This document shows positions 1 through 7,826 of a stretch of 31,173 bases of DNA, one piece after another (position 1 is the stretch's first letter; every line of letters starts with the position of its first letter). Under the pieces are notes generated by a model. The model did no database searches. It worked only from the letters and a program-made list of their open reading frames with translations, and was not told where the DNA came from. The translations under genes were made by a program, and so were the position numbers. Origin of the DNA: a virus. Location: the IMG/VR virus record IMGVR_UViG_3300045988_054057, positions 1 through 31,173 of that record; one strand, given 5' to 3'.

Positions 1-55
1 CGTGAACTCAAAAAAATGATTGAAGAACAGCAACGCATTCAAGAAGCACGGGAAG
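1..55. repeat. Terminal redundancy: identical to 31119-31173 (circular-assembly overlap)
   Basis: Direct comparison of both window ends, 55/55 identical. Confidence 0.95.
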
Positions 56-81
56 CAATGCGCTTTAGTTATCGCAGATAG
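1..81 (+). CDS. C-terminal part of the junction-spanning small membrane protein (see 31023..31173)
   Basis: Frame 1 is open from base 1 to TAG 79-81 and is continuous with 31023 on the circular map. Confidence 0.5.
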   Translation, partial: RELKKMIEEQQRIQEAREAMRFSYRR

Positions 82-91
82 GAGCTATCAA

Positions 92-1417
92 ATGGCAGAA
101 AATATGAATGTACTGCCTCATGATCTACTAGCTGAACAAGCTGTGTTAGGTTCCATCTTCCTTGATCCAGATAAGATCCACATTGCTTCTGAATATTTGA
201 CTAAAGATAGTTTCTTCAAGCTGTCTCATGGGATGCTCTTCAACATTATGCAGGAGTTATCAGACAGAGGGGATCCAATTGATCCAGTGTCAGTCAAATC
301 CGCCCTTGACTCTAGTGGACAATTTGAACAGGTTGGAGGAATGGCATTTCTTGCAAGTCTTATCAATGCAGTCCCTACAAGCGCCCATATAGAACACTAT
401 TCAAAAGTAGTTGCTGAAAAGTCAAGAGCCAGAAAAGTCATTGAAGACTTGAGCCAGAGCATTTCAAGCGTTTACGATGGCCAAAAAGATTTGAATGAGA
501 TCCTTTCTCAAACCGAGCAGAATTTGTCAACAATTTCAAACGAGCAGAAAAAAGGATTCAGGCCCATCATTGATGTGATTGATTCAACACAGTCTATTCT
601 AGATGAACGCTCTCAGAAAGTTGGTGATGTGACAGGAACTTCAACAGGATTCACTGATTTTGACCAAATCACAACAGGTCTTCATGAAGATAACCTGATC
701 ATTATCGCTGCAAGGCCTGCAATGGGGAAGACAGCATTTGCTCTGAACATCGCTCAGAACGTGGCAAAAAGTTCAGATAAAGCAGTAGCATTCTTCTCAC
801 TTGAGATGGGAGCAGAAAGCTTGGTGGAGCGTATGCTGTCAGCAGAAGGCTTGATTCCATCGTATCATGTCAGAACAGGGAATCTCTCTGAGAGCGAATG
901 GCGCAGAATGATTTCAGCACAGGAACGACTAGCAAAAGGGAAGATCTTCATTGATGATACAGCAGGAATCAGAATTTCAGAAATTAGATCAAAGGCCAAA
1001 AGACTGGCTCAAGAAAATGGCGGTTTAGGATTGATTTTGATTGACTATCTTCAACTAATCGAAGGAAGAGGAAGAGAGAACAGACAACAGGAAGTCTCTG
1101 AGATTTCAAGACAATTGAAGATCATAGCCAAAGAATTGAAAGTCCCTGTCATCGCTCTCAGTCAGTTATCTCGTGCAGTCGATCAACGGAATGATAAGAG
1201 ACCTATACTGTCAGACTTGAGGGAATCTGGATCAATTGAGCAGGATGCTGACATAGTGGCCTTCTTATACAGAGAAGCTTACTACAAGCGTGATGAACAA
1301 GAAGAACCAGACAATGTGACAGAACTCATCCTTGAGAAGAACAGGCATGGAAGCCTTGGGACTGTCCAGCTATTCTTCCTCAAAGAATACGCAAAATTTG
1401 CAAACAAGGAGGCCTAA
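92..1417 (+). CDS. dnaB: Replicative DNA helicase, DnaB-like
   Basis: N-terminus LPHDLLAEQAVLGSIFLD, Walker A ARPAMGKTAF, SLEM, IDYLQL, LSQLSR and RESGSIEQDAD motifs. ATG 92 follows AGGAG; the track start at 20 is an upstream extension. Confidence 0.9.
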   Translation: MAENMNVLPHDLLAEQAVLGSIFLDPDKIHIASEYLTKDSFFKLSHGMLFNIMQELSDRGDPIDPVSVKSALDSSGQFEQVGGMAFLASLINAVPTSAHIEHYSKVVAEKSRARKVIEDLSQSISSVYDGQKDLNEILSQTEQNLSTISNEQKKGFRPIIDVIDSTQSILDERSQKVGDVTGTSTGFTDFDQITTGLHEDNLIIIAARPAMGKTAFALNIAQNVAKSSDKAVAFFSLEMGAESLVERMLSAEGLIPSYHVRTGNLSESEWRRMISAQERLAKGKIFIDDTAGIRISEIRSKAKRLAQENGGLGLILIDYLQLIEGRGRENRQQEVSEISRQLKIIAKELKVPVIALSQLSRAVDQRNDKRPILSDLRESGSIEQDADIVAFLYREAYYKRDEQEEPDNVTELILEKNRHGSLGTVQLFFLKEYAKFANKEA

Positions 1418-1420
1418 TGG

Positions 1421-2182
1421 ATGGTAACTGAGAACCGTAGATATTACTGGTTACAATTAAAAGATGACTTCTTCAATTCCAAAGAAATGAAGTTGATGAG
1501 GAAGCTTCCCGGTGGAGAAGAGATCACAATCATCTATTTGAAGATGATGCTTGCAAGTCTAGCCGAACAAGGGAAATTGTATTTTGAAGGATTAGCTGAA
1601 GATCTAGCTGAAGAATTATCACTCATCATTGATGAAGATCCTGAAGCAATCAGATTGACATTGATGTTCTTGACTAAGAAAAAACTGTTGACAACATCAG
1701 ACAATTACCAGTTCAATCTTGAACAAGTTCCTGAGATGGTAGGCAGTGAAACAGCAAGCACCCGTAGATCTCGCAAACATCGAGAAACGCAAAAACTGTT
1801 GCAATGCAACACCACTGCAACAAAAGGCAACGGAGATATAGATATAGATATAGATATAGATATAGATAAGGGGCTAAAGCCCCAATCAGATGTCTATGAA
1901 GAAATTATCAAATATCTGAACGAGAAAACTGGTTCACATTTTAAACCAACTAGCAAGTCAACTCAAAGACTAATCAACGGAAGATTGAGTGAGAACTATA
2001 CAATTGAAGATTTCAAATATGTGATTGATGTTAAGACAAACGAATGGAAGGGCAACACAAAGATGTCTAAATACTTAACACCAGATACGCTCTTCAACGC
2101 TAGTAAATTTGAAAAATACCGCAATCAGCAAATGCCTAAACAGCCAAATGTTCAGAAGCAAGATGAAAGGTTGGGATTCTAA
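1421..2182 (+). CDS. Phage replisome organizer with DnaD-like C-terminal domain
   Basis: N-terminus YYWLQLKDDFF...IYLKMML is typical of replisome organizer N-domains. The C-terminus (IIKYLNEKTG..F.....T..LI..R...Y..EDF..VID) is DnaD-like. It sits between the helicase and the loader. Confidence 0.7.
   Translation: MVTENRRYYWLQLKDDFFNSKEMKLMRKLPGGEEITIIYLKMMLASLAEQGKLYFEGLAEDLAEELSLIIDEDPEAIRLTLMFLTKKKLLTTSDNYQFNLEQVPEMVGSETASTRRSRKHRETQKLLQCNTTATKGNGDIDIDIDIDIDKGLKPQSDVYEEIIKYLNEKTGSHFKPTSKSTQRLINGRLSENYTIEDFKYVIDVKTNEWKGNTKMSKYLTPDTLFNASKFEKYRNQQMPKQPNVQKQDERLGF
1835..1868. repeat. (GATATA)x5 plus a partial unit, an in-frame microsatellite encoding (Asp-Ile)n
   Basis: gatata at 1835, 1841, 1847, 1853 and 1859, then gataag. 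Confidence 0.95.
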
Positions 2183-2967
2183 TGAATGAAGAAATTACAT
2201 CTTGTGAAAAGCATGGCTGTCAGATTCAACGTGCAAAAGTGAAGATCAGTGGATCAGAACAGATCATTGAGATTTGTCCTGAATGTGAAAAAGAAGAAAT
2301 CCTGAAGATAGAATCTCTCTTGAGACAGGAAGCAAAAATTCAAGCCCTCTTGTCTCACACTTACAAAGTATTTGAAAGAGAAAGCATCTATTCTCAAGAG
2401 TTGAGAGATAAGACATTAGAGAATTATACAGCAGACAATTCAACTAATGAGCAAGCTCTGAACTTCATGAAACGGATGCTGAGGGATTATCTGAAATTTG
2501 AAACAGGGAATGTGATTCTGAGTGGACCGCCTGGCATTGGGAAAAGCCATCTTTCTATTGGATTAGCAAAAGCATTGAATGAGAAATCAAAAGAATGCGA
2601 GAATCCAAAAAGCGTGATCTTTATCTCAACATCAGCTCTCTTCAATAAGATTGAAGAAAGCTTCAATGGTCGAGGAGACTTCACAGAGAGCTACGCTGTG
2701 GATCTGCTCAGTAAAGTTGATTTTCTCTTCTTGGACGATTTAGGGAAAGAAAGTAGCATGAGCGCCAATCTAAAAGAAGCTAATGAATGGAGACAAAGAG
2801 TGTTGTTTAAAATTTTAGACAACAGGCAAATAACATTCTTCAACACTAACTTGTCAAGCAATGACATCAAAAAAATCTACAATCAAGCACTTGCTGACCG
2901 AATCTTTAAGGGAGCAAGCAAACACATTTACAAATTTCCTGAAACTATGGAAAGTCGGAGGTATTAA
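2182..2967 (+). CDS. Helicase loader, DnaI/DnaC-type AAA+ (IstB-like) with an N-terminal 4-Cys zinc ribbon
   Basis: Walker A GPPGIGKSHL, Walker B FLFLDDLG, N-terminal CxxxxC...CxxC. The start overlaps the preceding stop (TAATG). Confidence 0.8.
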   Translation: MNEEITSCEKHGCQIQRAKVKISGSEQIIEICPECEKEEILKIESLLRQEAKIQALLSHTYKVFERESIYSQELRDKTLENYTADNSTNEQALNFMKRMLRDYLKFETGNVILSGPPGIGKSHLSIGLAKALNEKSKECENPKSVIFISTSALFNKIEESFNGRGDFTESYAVDLLSKVDFLFLDDLGKESSMSANLKEANEWRQRVLFKILDNRQITFFNTNLSSNDIKKIYNQALADRIFKGASKHIYKFPETMESRRY

Positions 2968-2970
2968 CGA

Positions 2971-3465
2971 ATGGAAAATAACAAATTAAAGGATCTAATT
3001 TCAAAAGTTCAAAAATGGTTCTATGACCGCAACTTACACACTCAGGAACCCAATAAGCAATTCCTGAAGCTCTATGAAGAAATCGGGGAGCTGTCAAGAG
3101 GCATTGCTGAAAAAGATGAAGAAGTGACCAAAGACAGCATTGGAGACATCACTGTTGTATTGATTGGGTTGACTCTTCAACTTGGTATCAACACAAAAGA
3201 AATCTTCCCAGAACAAGAAAAATTCTTTTTTTTAGAAGCTGCAAAGACAGAAGATTACTTTGTATTGATGATGGATCAGGCTCTAGCATCTTATTTCAAC
3301 CGTCAAGGCTATCAACTAAAAAGCGTAGTACATGAATTGATGCGAATCTCTCAAATGCTGAACTATGATTTTGTGGGATGTTTAAATAAAGCCTATGAAG
3401 AAATCAAGGACCGCAAAGGGAAATTGGTTGACGGAATTTGGATCAAGGAGGAACGACTAAAATGA
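2971..3465 (+). CDS. MazG-like nucleotide pyrophosphohydrolase
   Basis: EEIGEL...D.IGD helix pattern (LYEEIGELSRG..., DSIGDITVVLIGL) in a protein of about 160 aa. Confidence 0.65.
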   Translation: MENNKLKDLISKVQKWFYDRNLHTQEPNKQFLKLYEEIGELSRGIAEKDEEVTKDSIGDITVVLIGLTLQLGINTKEIFPEQEKFFFLEAAKTEDYFVLMMDQALASYFNRQGYQLKSVVHELMRISQMLNYDFVGCLNKAYEEIKDRKGKLVDGIWIKEERLK

Positions 3466-3734
3466 AAGAACGATCATTTGAACAGATTTTAGAAGAGATG
3501 AATGATTCAGTAAATAAGCCAAATCACTATTGTGGTGAATATGGTCTAGAATCAATTGATGTCATCCGGAACTTTGCCGGAAACCTGAAAGGAGTTCAGG
3601 GATTCTATTGGGGAAATGCTATCAAGTATCTATGTAGATTCCAGAAGAAGAACGGGCTTGAAGATCTTGATAAAGCTAAGAAATATCTTGAATGGCTTAT
3701 TGAAGATTTAAAAAACAACCATGAACAGGAGTGA
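3462..3734 (+). CDS. DUF3310-like small protein
   Basis: NKPNHY..E.IDVI...GF.WGNAIKYL.R...KNG.EDL.KA..YL..L signature. ATG 3462 lies behind AAGGAGG. Confidence 0.6.
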   Translation: MKERSFEQILEEMNDSVNKPNHYCGEYGLESIDVIRNFAGNLKGVQGFYWGNAIKYLCRFQKKNGLEDLDKAKKYLEWLIEDLKNNHEQE

Positions 3735-3738
3735 CAAC

Positions 3739-4140
3739 ATGAGAGATTACACAAGGAATCAGATGGATCACTTCCGTCAACAATTGCAATTATTGATTTT
3801 AGGAAAAGGACTAACACGGAAAGAGCTGTCAAGAAAACTGAATAGACATCAAAACACAATTCAGCAATGGATCACTAAAGATAATATAAATCAAGCTCAA
3901 GTTAAAGAATTGTGCAAATTCTTCAACATTGACGAGAAGGAACTGATGGGAGATCCAGAAGAATTGACAGATTATAGATTCTTTGATCAAGGAAAATACA
4001 TCTGTACAGCTCCACTTAAAGAATTAAGCAAGATCACTGGCAAAGATGTGTCAATGCTCAAGTATTATATACACTTGAATGAACAAGGAAGAGAAGCTGG
4101 CCAATACAGAATAGAAAGGGTCATTGAATATGAAAAGTAA
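3739..4140 (+). CDS. HTH-domain protein with a C-terminal domain of unknown function
   Basis: LTRKELSRKLNRHQNTIQQWI helix-turn-helix. ATG 3739 lies behind AGGAG. Confidence 0.5.
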   Translation: MRDYTRNQMDHFRQQLQLLILGKGLTRKELSRKLNRHQNTIQQWITKDNINQAQVKELCKFFNIDEKELMGDPEELTDYRFFDQGKYICTAPLKELSKITGKDVSMLKYYIHLNEQGREAGQYRIERVIEYEK

Positions 4141-4414
4141 GATTAATTGGCTAATTATCAACTTGATTTCATTGACTGTTATTTCACTAGTCATTGCTAT
4201 CAATCTCAATTCTAGATTAGTAGATCAAAAAAACAAGATCAAAGATATGGAATGGACTATTCAGGAACATGAATTGAGCATTCAAAGAATGGCAGAACAC
4301 AATACTGCACAAGATGTCATCTTGAATAAATTAAATCAAGAATATCAAATGCAGGAACGCAAGAAAGCAGAAGCGCTCAAGGAGGCTGCTGAAATGAATA
4401 ATGTCGGAGGATAA
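4130..4414 (+). CDS. Membrane-anchored coiled-coil protein, hypothetical
   Basis: N-terminal TM segment [18 protein letters not shown] followed by a charged helical region. Overlaps the upstream stop. Confidence 0.5.
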   Translation: MKSKINWLIINLISLTVISLVIAINLNSRLVDQKNKIKDMEWTIQEHELSIQRMAEHNTAQDVILNKLNQEYQMQERKKAEALKEAAEMNNVGG

Positions 4415-4416
4415 TA

Positions 4417-4827
4417 ATGATTAACAATGTGACTCTTATTGGTCGATTGACCAGAGATGCAGAACTACGCTATACACCTAGCAACATTGCAACTGCTCAA
4501 TTCAATATTGCATGCAATCGCAACTTCAAAAACGCAAATGATGAATATGATGCAGATTTTATCAATTGTGTTATGTGGAAAGAACAAGCAGAACGCTTCT
4601 GCAATTGGACAAGAAAAGGAATGCTTGTGGCAATCACTGGACGAATTCAAACAAGAAATTATGAGAATCAGCAAGGACAACGTGTATATGTGACTGAAGT
4701 TGTAGCAGAAACTTTCCAAGTTTTGGAAAAACGTGACAATACTGCAAATCAAAATAGCATGACAGAACAGATGCCACCAAGCTTTGCCAACCCAATGGAC
4801 ATTACAGATGACAAATTACCATTCTAA
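4417..4827 (+). CDS. ssb: Single-stranded DNA-binding protein
   Basis: [22 protein letters not shown]-fold N-terminus and acidic tail ending DDKLPF. Confidence 0.9.
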   Translation: MINNVTLIGRLTRDAELRYTPSNIATAQFNIACNRNFKNANDEYDADFINCVMWKEQAERFCNWTRKGMLVAITGRIQTRNYENQQGQRVYVTEVVAETFQVLEKRDNTANQNSMTEQMPPSFANPMDITDDKLPF

Positions 4828-4860
4828 GAAAATCAAATGTTAAAGAGGAGAATTTATAAA

Positions 4861-5574
4861 ATGGGTGATTGGACTAAAGTTTTAATATATGGTACCTTTG
4901 ACGGGTTTACTTTTTCGACAGATGAACTGACACGGATTAATGTGGTTCTTGGTAGTGGCGAAATAGTAGAAGTGCCGGAAGATTTTGTTGTAAGTGCGGA
5001 TCAAATGGTCAATAAACATAAAATTAAACTAAAAGATGTTATCGCACGAATTGAAAGGTTTGATCTTGCAACTAAAGAAGTATGGATCAATGAAATTTTG
5101 TATAAACTTGGAAGTGATTATGGGTTTCATAAATATTATGCAGGGTATAAACAAGGCAAGTTAGAAGGTTTAATTGAATGTGAAAAAGTCACGATCACAC
5201 AAGACATAGCAGATTATATTGAATATGCCAAAGAAAACGATTGGGATTTGCAAGATGCTATGAATTTAATAGTGGACGAAGAAGATGGGAATCTTTCTGA
5301 TTGGTTTTATAAAGACAAGAATATGGAAACATTAGCCCTTGCTTGGATCAATGGCTACATAGTCAAGGAAGAAAAGCGGTATTTGGTGAAGATAAAAGAC
5401 ATTGAAGGTGATAACTGTTATTTAAACCGTGTTATGAGTAAGTGGATTATCGCTGGAAGTGATGATCACCCAGCTCTGGATATATACACACACCATACAC
5501 GCAAAGAGCTAGAAAAGGCTGGCTTTGGAGCAGTGTTTAACAGCCCACTGTTCGAAGTTGAGGAGGTAGAGTGA
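4861..5574 (+). CDS. DUF1642-like phage protein
   Basis: LALAWINGY.V..EKRYLVK ... FEVEEVE C-terminal signature. ATG 4861 lies behind AAGAGGAG. Confidence 0.5.
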   Translation: MGDWTKVLIYGTFDGFTFSTDELTRINVVLGSGEIVEVPEDFVVSADQMVNKHKIKLKDVIARIERFDLATKEVWINEILYKLGSDYGFHKYYAGYKQGKLEGLIECEKVTITQDIADYIEYAKENDWDLQDAMNLIVDEEDGNLSDWFYKDKNMETLALAWINGYIVKEEKRYLVKIKDIEGDNCYLNRVMSKWIIAGSDDHPALDIYTHHTRKELEKAGFGAVFNSPLFEVEEVE

Positions 5575-5729
5575 TGGGATTTATTAGTTGGTTAACTTTA
5601 TTATTAATAGCTTTGAAATTGTTAGGTGTAATCTCTTGGAGCTGGTTCTATGTATTTCTGCCTGCAATAGCTGATCTAGTAATTTCTATTGTGATTTTAG
5701 TGATAGCTAAAATGATATGGGATAAGTAG
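5574..5729 (+). CDS. 51-aa two-TM membrane peptide, below the ORF-track cutoff
   Basis: ATGA overlap with the upstream stop, strong GAGGAGG RBS, sequence MGFISWLTLLLIALKLLGVISWSWFYVFLPAIADLVISIVILVIAKMIWDK. Confidence 0.5.
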   Translation: MGFISWLTLLLIALKLLGVISWSWFYVFLPAIADLVISIVILVIAKMIWDK

Positions 5730-5737
5730 GACTTGTT

Positions 5738-5839
5738 ATGGAATTTCAAAATTTTATTTATTTGTTGCTGACTTGTATTAGGCTCACTGGCTTATTGTGG
5801 GCATTAGTTATTGTTTACAGAAGTAGGAAAAAGAAATGA
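5738..5839 (+). CDS. 33-aa hydrophobic peptide (tentative)
   Basis: MEFQNFIYLLLTCIRLTGLLWALVIVYRSRKKK. Its stop overlaps the next ATG (ATGA). The RBS is weak. Confidence 0.3.
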   Translation: MEFQNFIYLLLTCIRLTGLLWALVIVYRSRKKK

Positions 5840-6009
5840 GAACTTATGTTGTAAGAAAATATCATGGTCATTCAAGTTGGATCGATCCCAAACATTTAGC
5901 CGAATACACTGAAGCTGAATTTGAAACAAGACATGAAGCACTTGCCCACTGTGAGAAGTTGAAAGGCAAAGGGATAGTAGAAATCTATCAAAGAGAGGTT
6001 ACTGAATGA
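5836..6009 (+). CDS. 57-aa soluble hypothetical protein
   Basis: ATGA coupling at both ends (5836-5839 and 6006-6009), AGGAAA RBS. Confidence 0.45.
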   Translation: MRTYVVRKYHGHSSWIDPKHLAEYTEAEFETRHEALAHCEKLKGKGIVEIYQREVTE

Positions 6010-6410
6010 AAAAATTAGACAATAGAGACTTGTTTAATCTTGATCAAGAATTATTAAATTTTCGTAGAATTGACCAGGCAATCTGGACACGCAAAGCAGA
6101 ATTGATGGCAAAAAATGGTGATGATCTGGTTGGGGGAGGAAAGTATGGAATCAGCAAACCAACAGAAAACACAGTGATGAAATTTGCTACAGATGTGACT
6201 CTGAAGAATCTTGAACTGTTCAAAGAGACTGTCGAAACTTTAAAGAAAAAATTGACAGGAGAACAACTTGACATCTTTTACTTAAGATGGGGGCAAGCAC
6301 GTCTTGATTGGGAAGAAATAGCTGAGAAAAAATTCTTCAGTAGTTCAACAATTTATAGAAAACGTAGACATATTCTTGAAACTTACGCTGTAATAAAAGG
6401 GATCTTGTAA
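6006..6410 (+). CDS. arpU: ArpU-family late transcriptional regulator
   Basis: About 134 aa, located immediately upstream of the packaging genes. The C-terminus (IFYLRW......W..IA...F.S.STIYRKRR.ILE.YA...G) resembles sigma-r4/ArpU. Confidence 0.65.
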   Translation: MKKLDNRDLFNLDQELLNFRRIDQAIWTRKAELMAKNGDDLVGGGKYGISKPTENTVMKFATDVTLKNLELFKETVETLKKKLTGEQLDIFYLRWGQARLDWEEIAEKKFFSSSTIYRKRRHILETYAVIKGIL

Positions 6411-6412
6411 AT

Positions 6413-6493
6413 TGAGAAAATAAGTTATTGTATTCTCACACAAAATAAAATACTATAATCTTGTTCATGATAACCATATCATGGATGAGAGGG
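6413..6493 (+). promoter_or_regulatory. Late-promoter-like repeat, copy A: imperfect IR tgagaaaa/tattctca, TATAAT at 6454-6459, no good -35, then the atgagaggg block
   Basis: 41/47 identical to 8165-8211, plus a shared atgagaggg block at 6485-6493. Confidence 0.5.
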
Positions 6494-6509
6494 TCTCCTA
6501 ATAGTGGTT

Positions 6510-6582
6510 AGGGAGTTAGCTCAAACGGTTAGAGCATGCTGGCGGAAAACAGCAGATGCAGGTTCGATTCCTGTACTCCCAA
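6510..6582 (+). tRNA. tRNA-like element with a non-canonical 8-nt anticodon loop (GCGGAAAA), a 3-nt variable region and an A1xA72 mismatch
   Basis: Hand fold gives U8, D stem GCTC/GAGC with A14, G18, G19 and A21, anticodon stem TGCTG/CAGCA, T arm GCAGG-TTCGATT-CCTGT, and 6 of 7 acceptor pairs. No CCA is encoded. Confidence 0.5.
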
Positions 6583-6624
6583 TTCCTTATGAAAATCAAT
6601 TTTAATATAGAGAGGGGGAAGCGT

Positions 6625-7167
6625 ATGGAAGAGGTCTCACCCATAAAAGATACAGATGACATCCAAGCCATGAAAGACTATCTGAGAGAGTGGAATGAAA
6701 TGTATTACATGTTATTCATCACTGGTCTCAATACAGGTTTGCGAGTCGGTGACATCCTCACACTCAAAGTCAAAGATGTTCAGGGATGGCACATCAAACT
6801 ACGAGAGAGAAAGACTGGCAAGCAGATTTCTCGTAGGATGACAAAAGAGTTGAAACGAGAAATGAGGAAGTATGTTGAAGGGAAGCCATTCCATCATTTT
6901 CTATTTAAGAGCAGGCAAGGAGGAAACAAGGCCATCACTCGTGAACGAGCCTACCAGATCATTCACGAGGCTGCTGAAGAATTGGGCATTGATAACGTGG
7001 GAACGCACACGATGCGCAAAACATTTGGATATAAATACTACAACAAAACAAAGGATGTAGGCACATTACAAAAGATGTTCAATCATTCATCTCCAGCGAT
7101 TACGCTGAGATACATTGGAATTGAACAAGCTGAATTAGATGATGCCTTGAGAAACTTTGTTATTTAA
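6625..7167 (+). CDS. Catalytic-domain-only tyrosine recombinase (about 180 aa)
   Basis: GLRVGDIL (Arg I), RKTGK (Lys), HTMRKT (His/Arg II), NHSS...LRYI (His, Tyr). ATG 6625 lies behind GAGGGGGA. The track start at 6556 would overlap the tRNA-like element. Confidence 0.8.
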   Translation: MEEVSPIKDTDDIQAMKDYLREWNEMYYMLFITGLNTGLRVGDILTLKVKDVQGWHIKLRERKTGKQISRRMTKELKREMRKYVEGKPFHHFLFKSRQGGNKAITRERAYQIIHEAAEELGIDNVGTHTMRKTFGYKYYNKTKDVGTLQKMFNHSSPAITLRYIGIEQAELDDALRNFVI

Positions 7168-7304
7168 TTTTATAATTTTGACATTAACATAATGAGTTAA
7201 GCATAAGCTAAGAAAAGAGAAACGTATGAAAGCCATATTCTAAAAGGATTTCAGAAACAAGGCGAGCTTAACAAAATATAAGATATGTGAAAGTGAGGGT
7301 AAAA

Positions 7305-7811
7305 ATGATTCCAAAATTCCAAGCATGGGACAAAAATAAAAGATGTATGAAAGATGTTGATTTCACTCCAAAGGGTATTTCATTTGATGATGTGGAATTC
7401 ATGCAATCAACAGGACTTAAAGATATAAACGGTAATGAGATCTTTGAAGCAGATATTCTGAAAAACAATGCTCAGGAATATATTTTTCTCGTGAGATATG
7501 ATTATGATAATTGTAGATGGTTTGGTGAAGGTATTACAATAAATACCAGAATAGACATAACAAGAGACATTCTCAAATACTACTCAAAAATTGGGAACCG
7601 TTGGGAAAGTCCTGAATTGTTAAAAAAAGAAAAACGCTACAAAGTGAAAATAAAAGCATCTGGTCAATACATCATGAGAGATCCTGATGAAGATGCAATT
7701 TATTTTTACAGCAGTAAAGCACATTCAAAACTTACAAAGAAGAAACTGGAACAAGCTGGATTCGGTTGGGTCTTTGATTGTGAAGGAATTGAAGTTGAGG
7801 AAGTAGAATGA
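7305..7811 (+). CDS. YopX-like N-terminal domain fused to a DUF1642-like C-terminal module
   Basis: MIPKFQAWDK...STGLKDINGNEIFEADIL is YopX-like. The C-terminus KRYKVKIK...LEQAGFGWVF...IEVEEVE parallels the end of 4861..5574. Confidence 0.6.
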   Translation: MIPKFQAWDKNKRCMKDVDFTPKGISFDDVEFMQSTGLKDINGNEIFEADILKNNAQEYIFLVRYDYDNCRWFGEGITINTRIDITRDILKYYSKIGNRWESPELLKKEKRYKVKIKASGQYIMRDPDEDAIYFYSSKAHSKLTKKKLEQAGFGWVFDCEGIEVEEVE

Positions 7812-7826
7812 CAAGGTGGGATCAAT

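Noticed and set aside
20-91. Upstream extensions of track ORFs: 20 for dnaB, 3438, 3721, 4837, 6556, 7287, 8228, 10912, 14330, 15449, 16714, 24774, 26485, 29864
   Set aside because: In each case an internal ATG has a proper Shine-Dalgarno motif, and the extension overlaps the preceding gene or, for 6556, the tRNA-like element.
2487-2684. Antisense or alternative-frame ORFs from the track that lie inside longer, well-supported genes. Examples: 2487..2684-, 3605..3859-, 4457..4693+, 4465..4752-, 6044..6274-, 6872..7060+, 9583..9906-, 11616..11828-, 15633..15899+, 18351..18761-, 19134..19409-, 21832..22092-, 24293..24574-, 25178..25492-, 26239..26478-, 28050..28265+, 29230..29577+, 30423..30671+
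   Set aside because: Each is fully embedded in a longer ORF that has recognisable motifs and an RBS. None has an RBS or motifs of its own, and several arise from repeat or low-complexity DNA.
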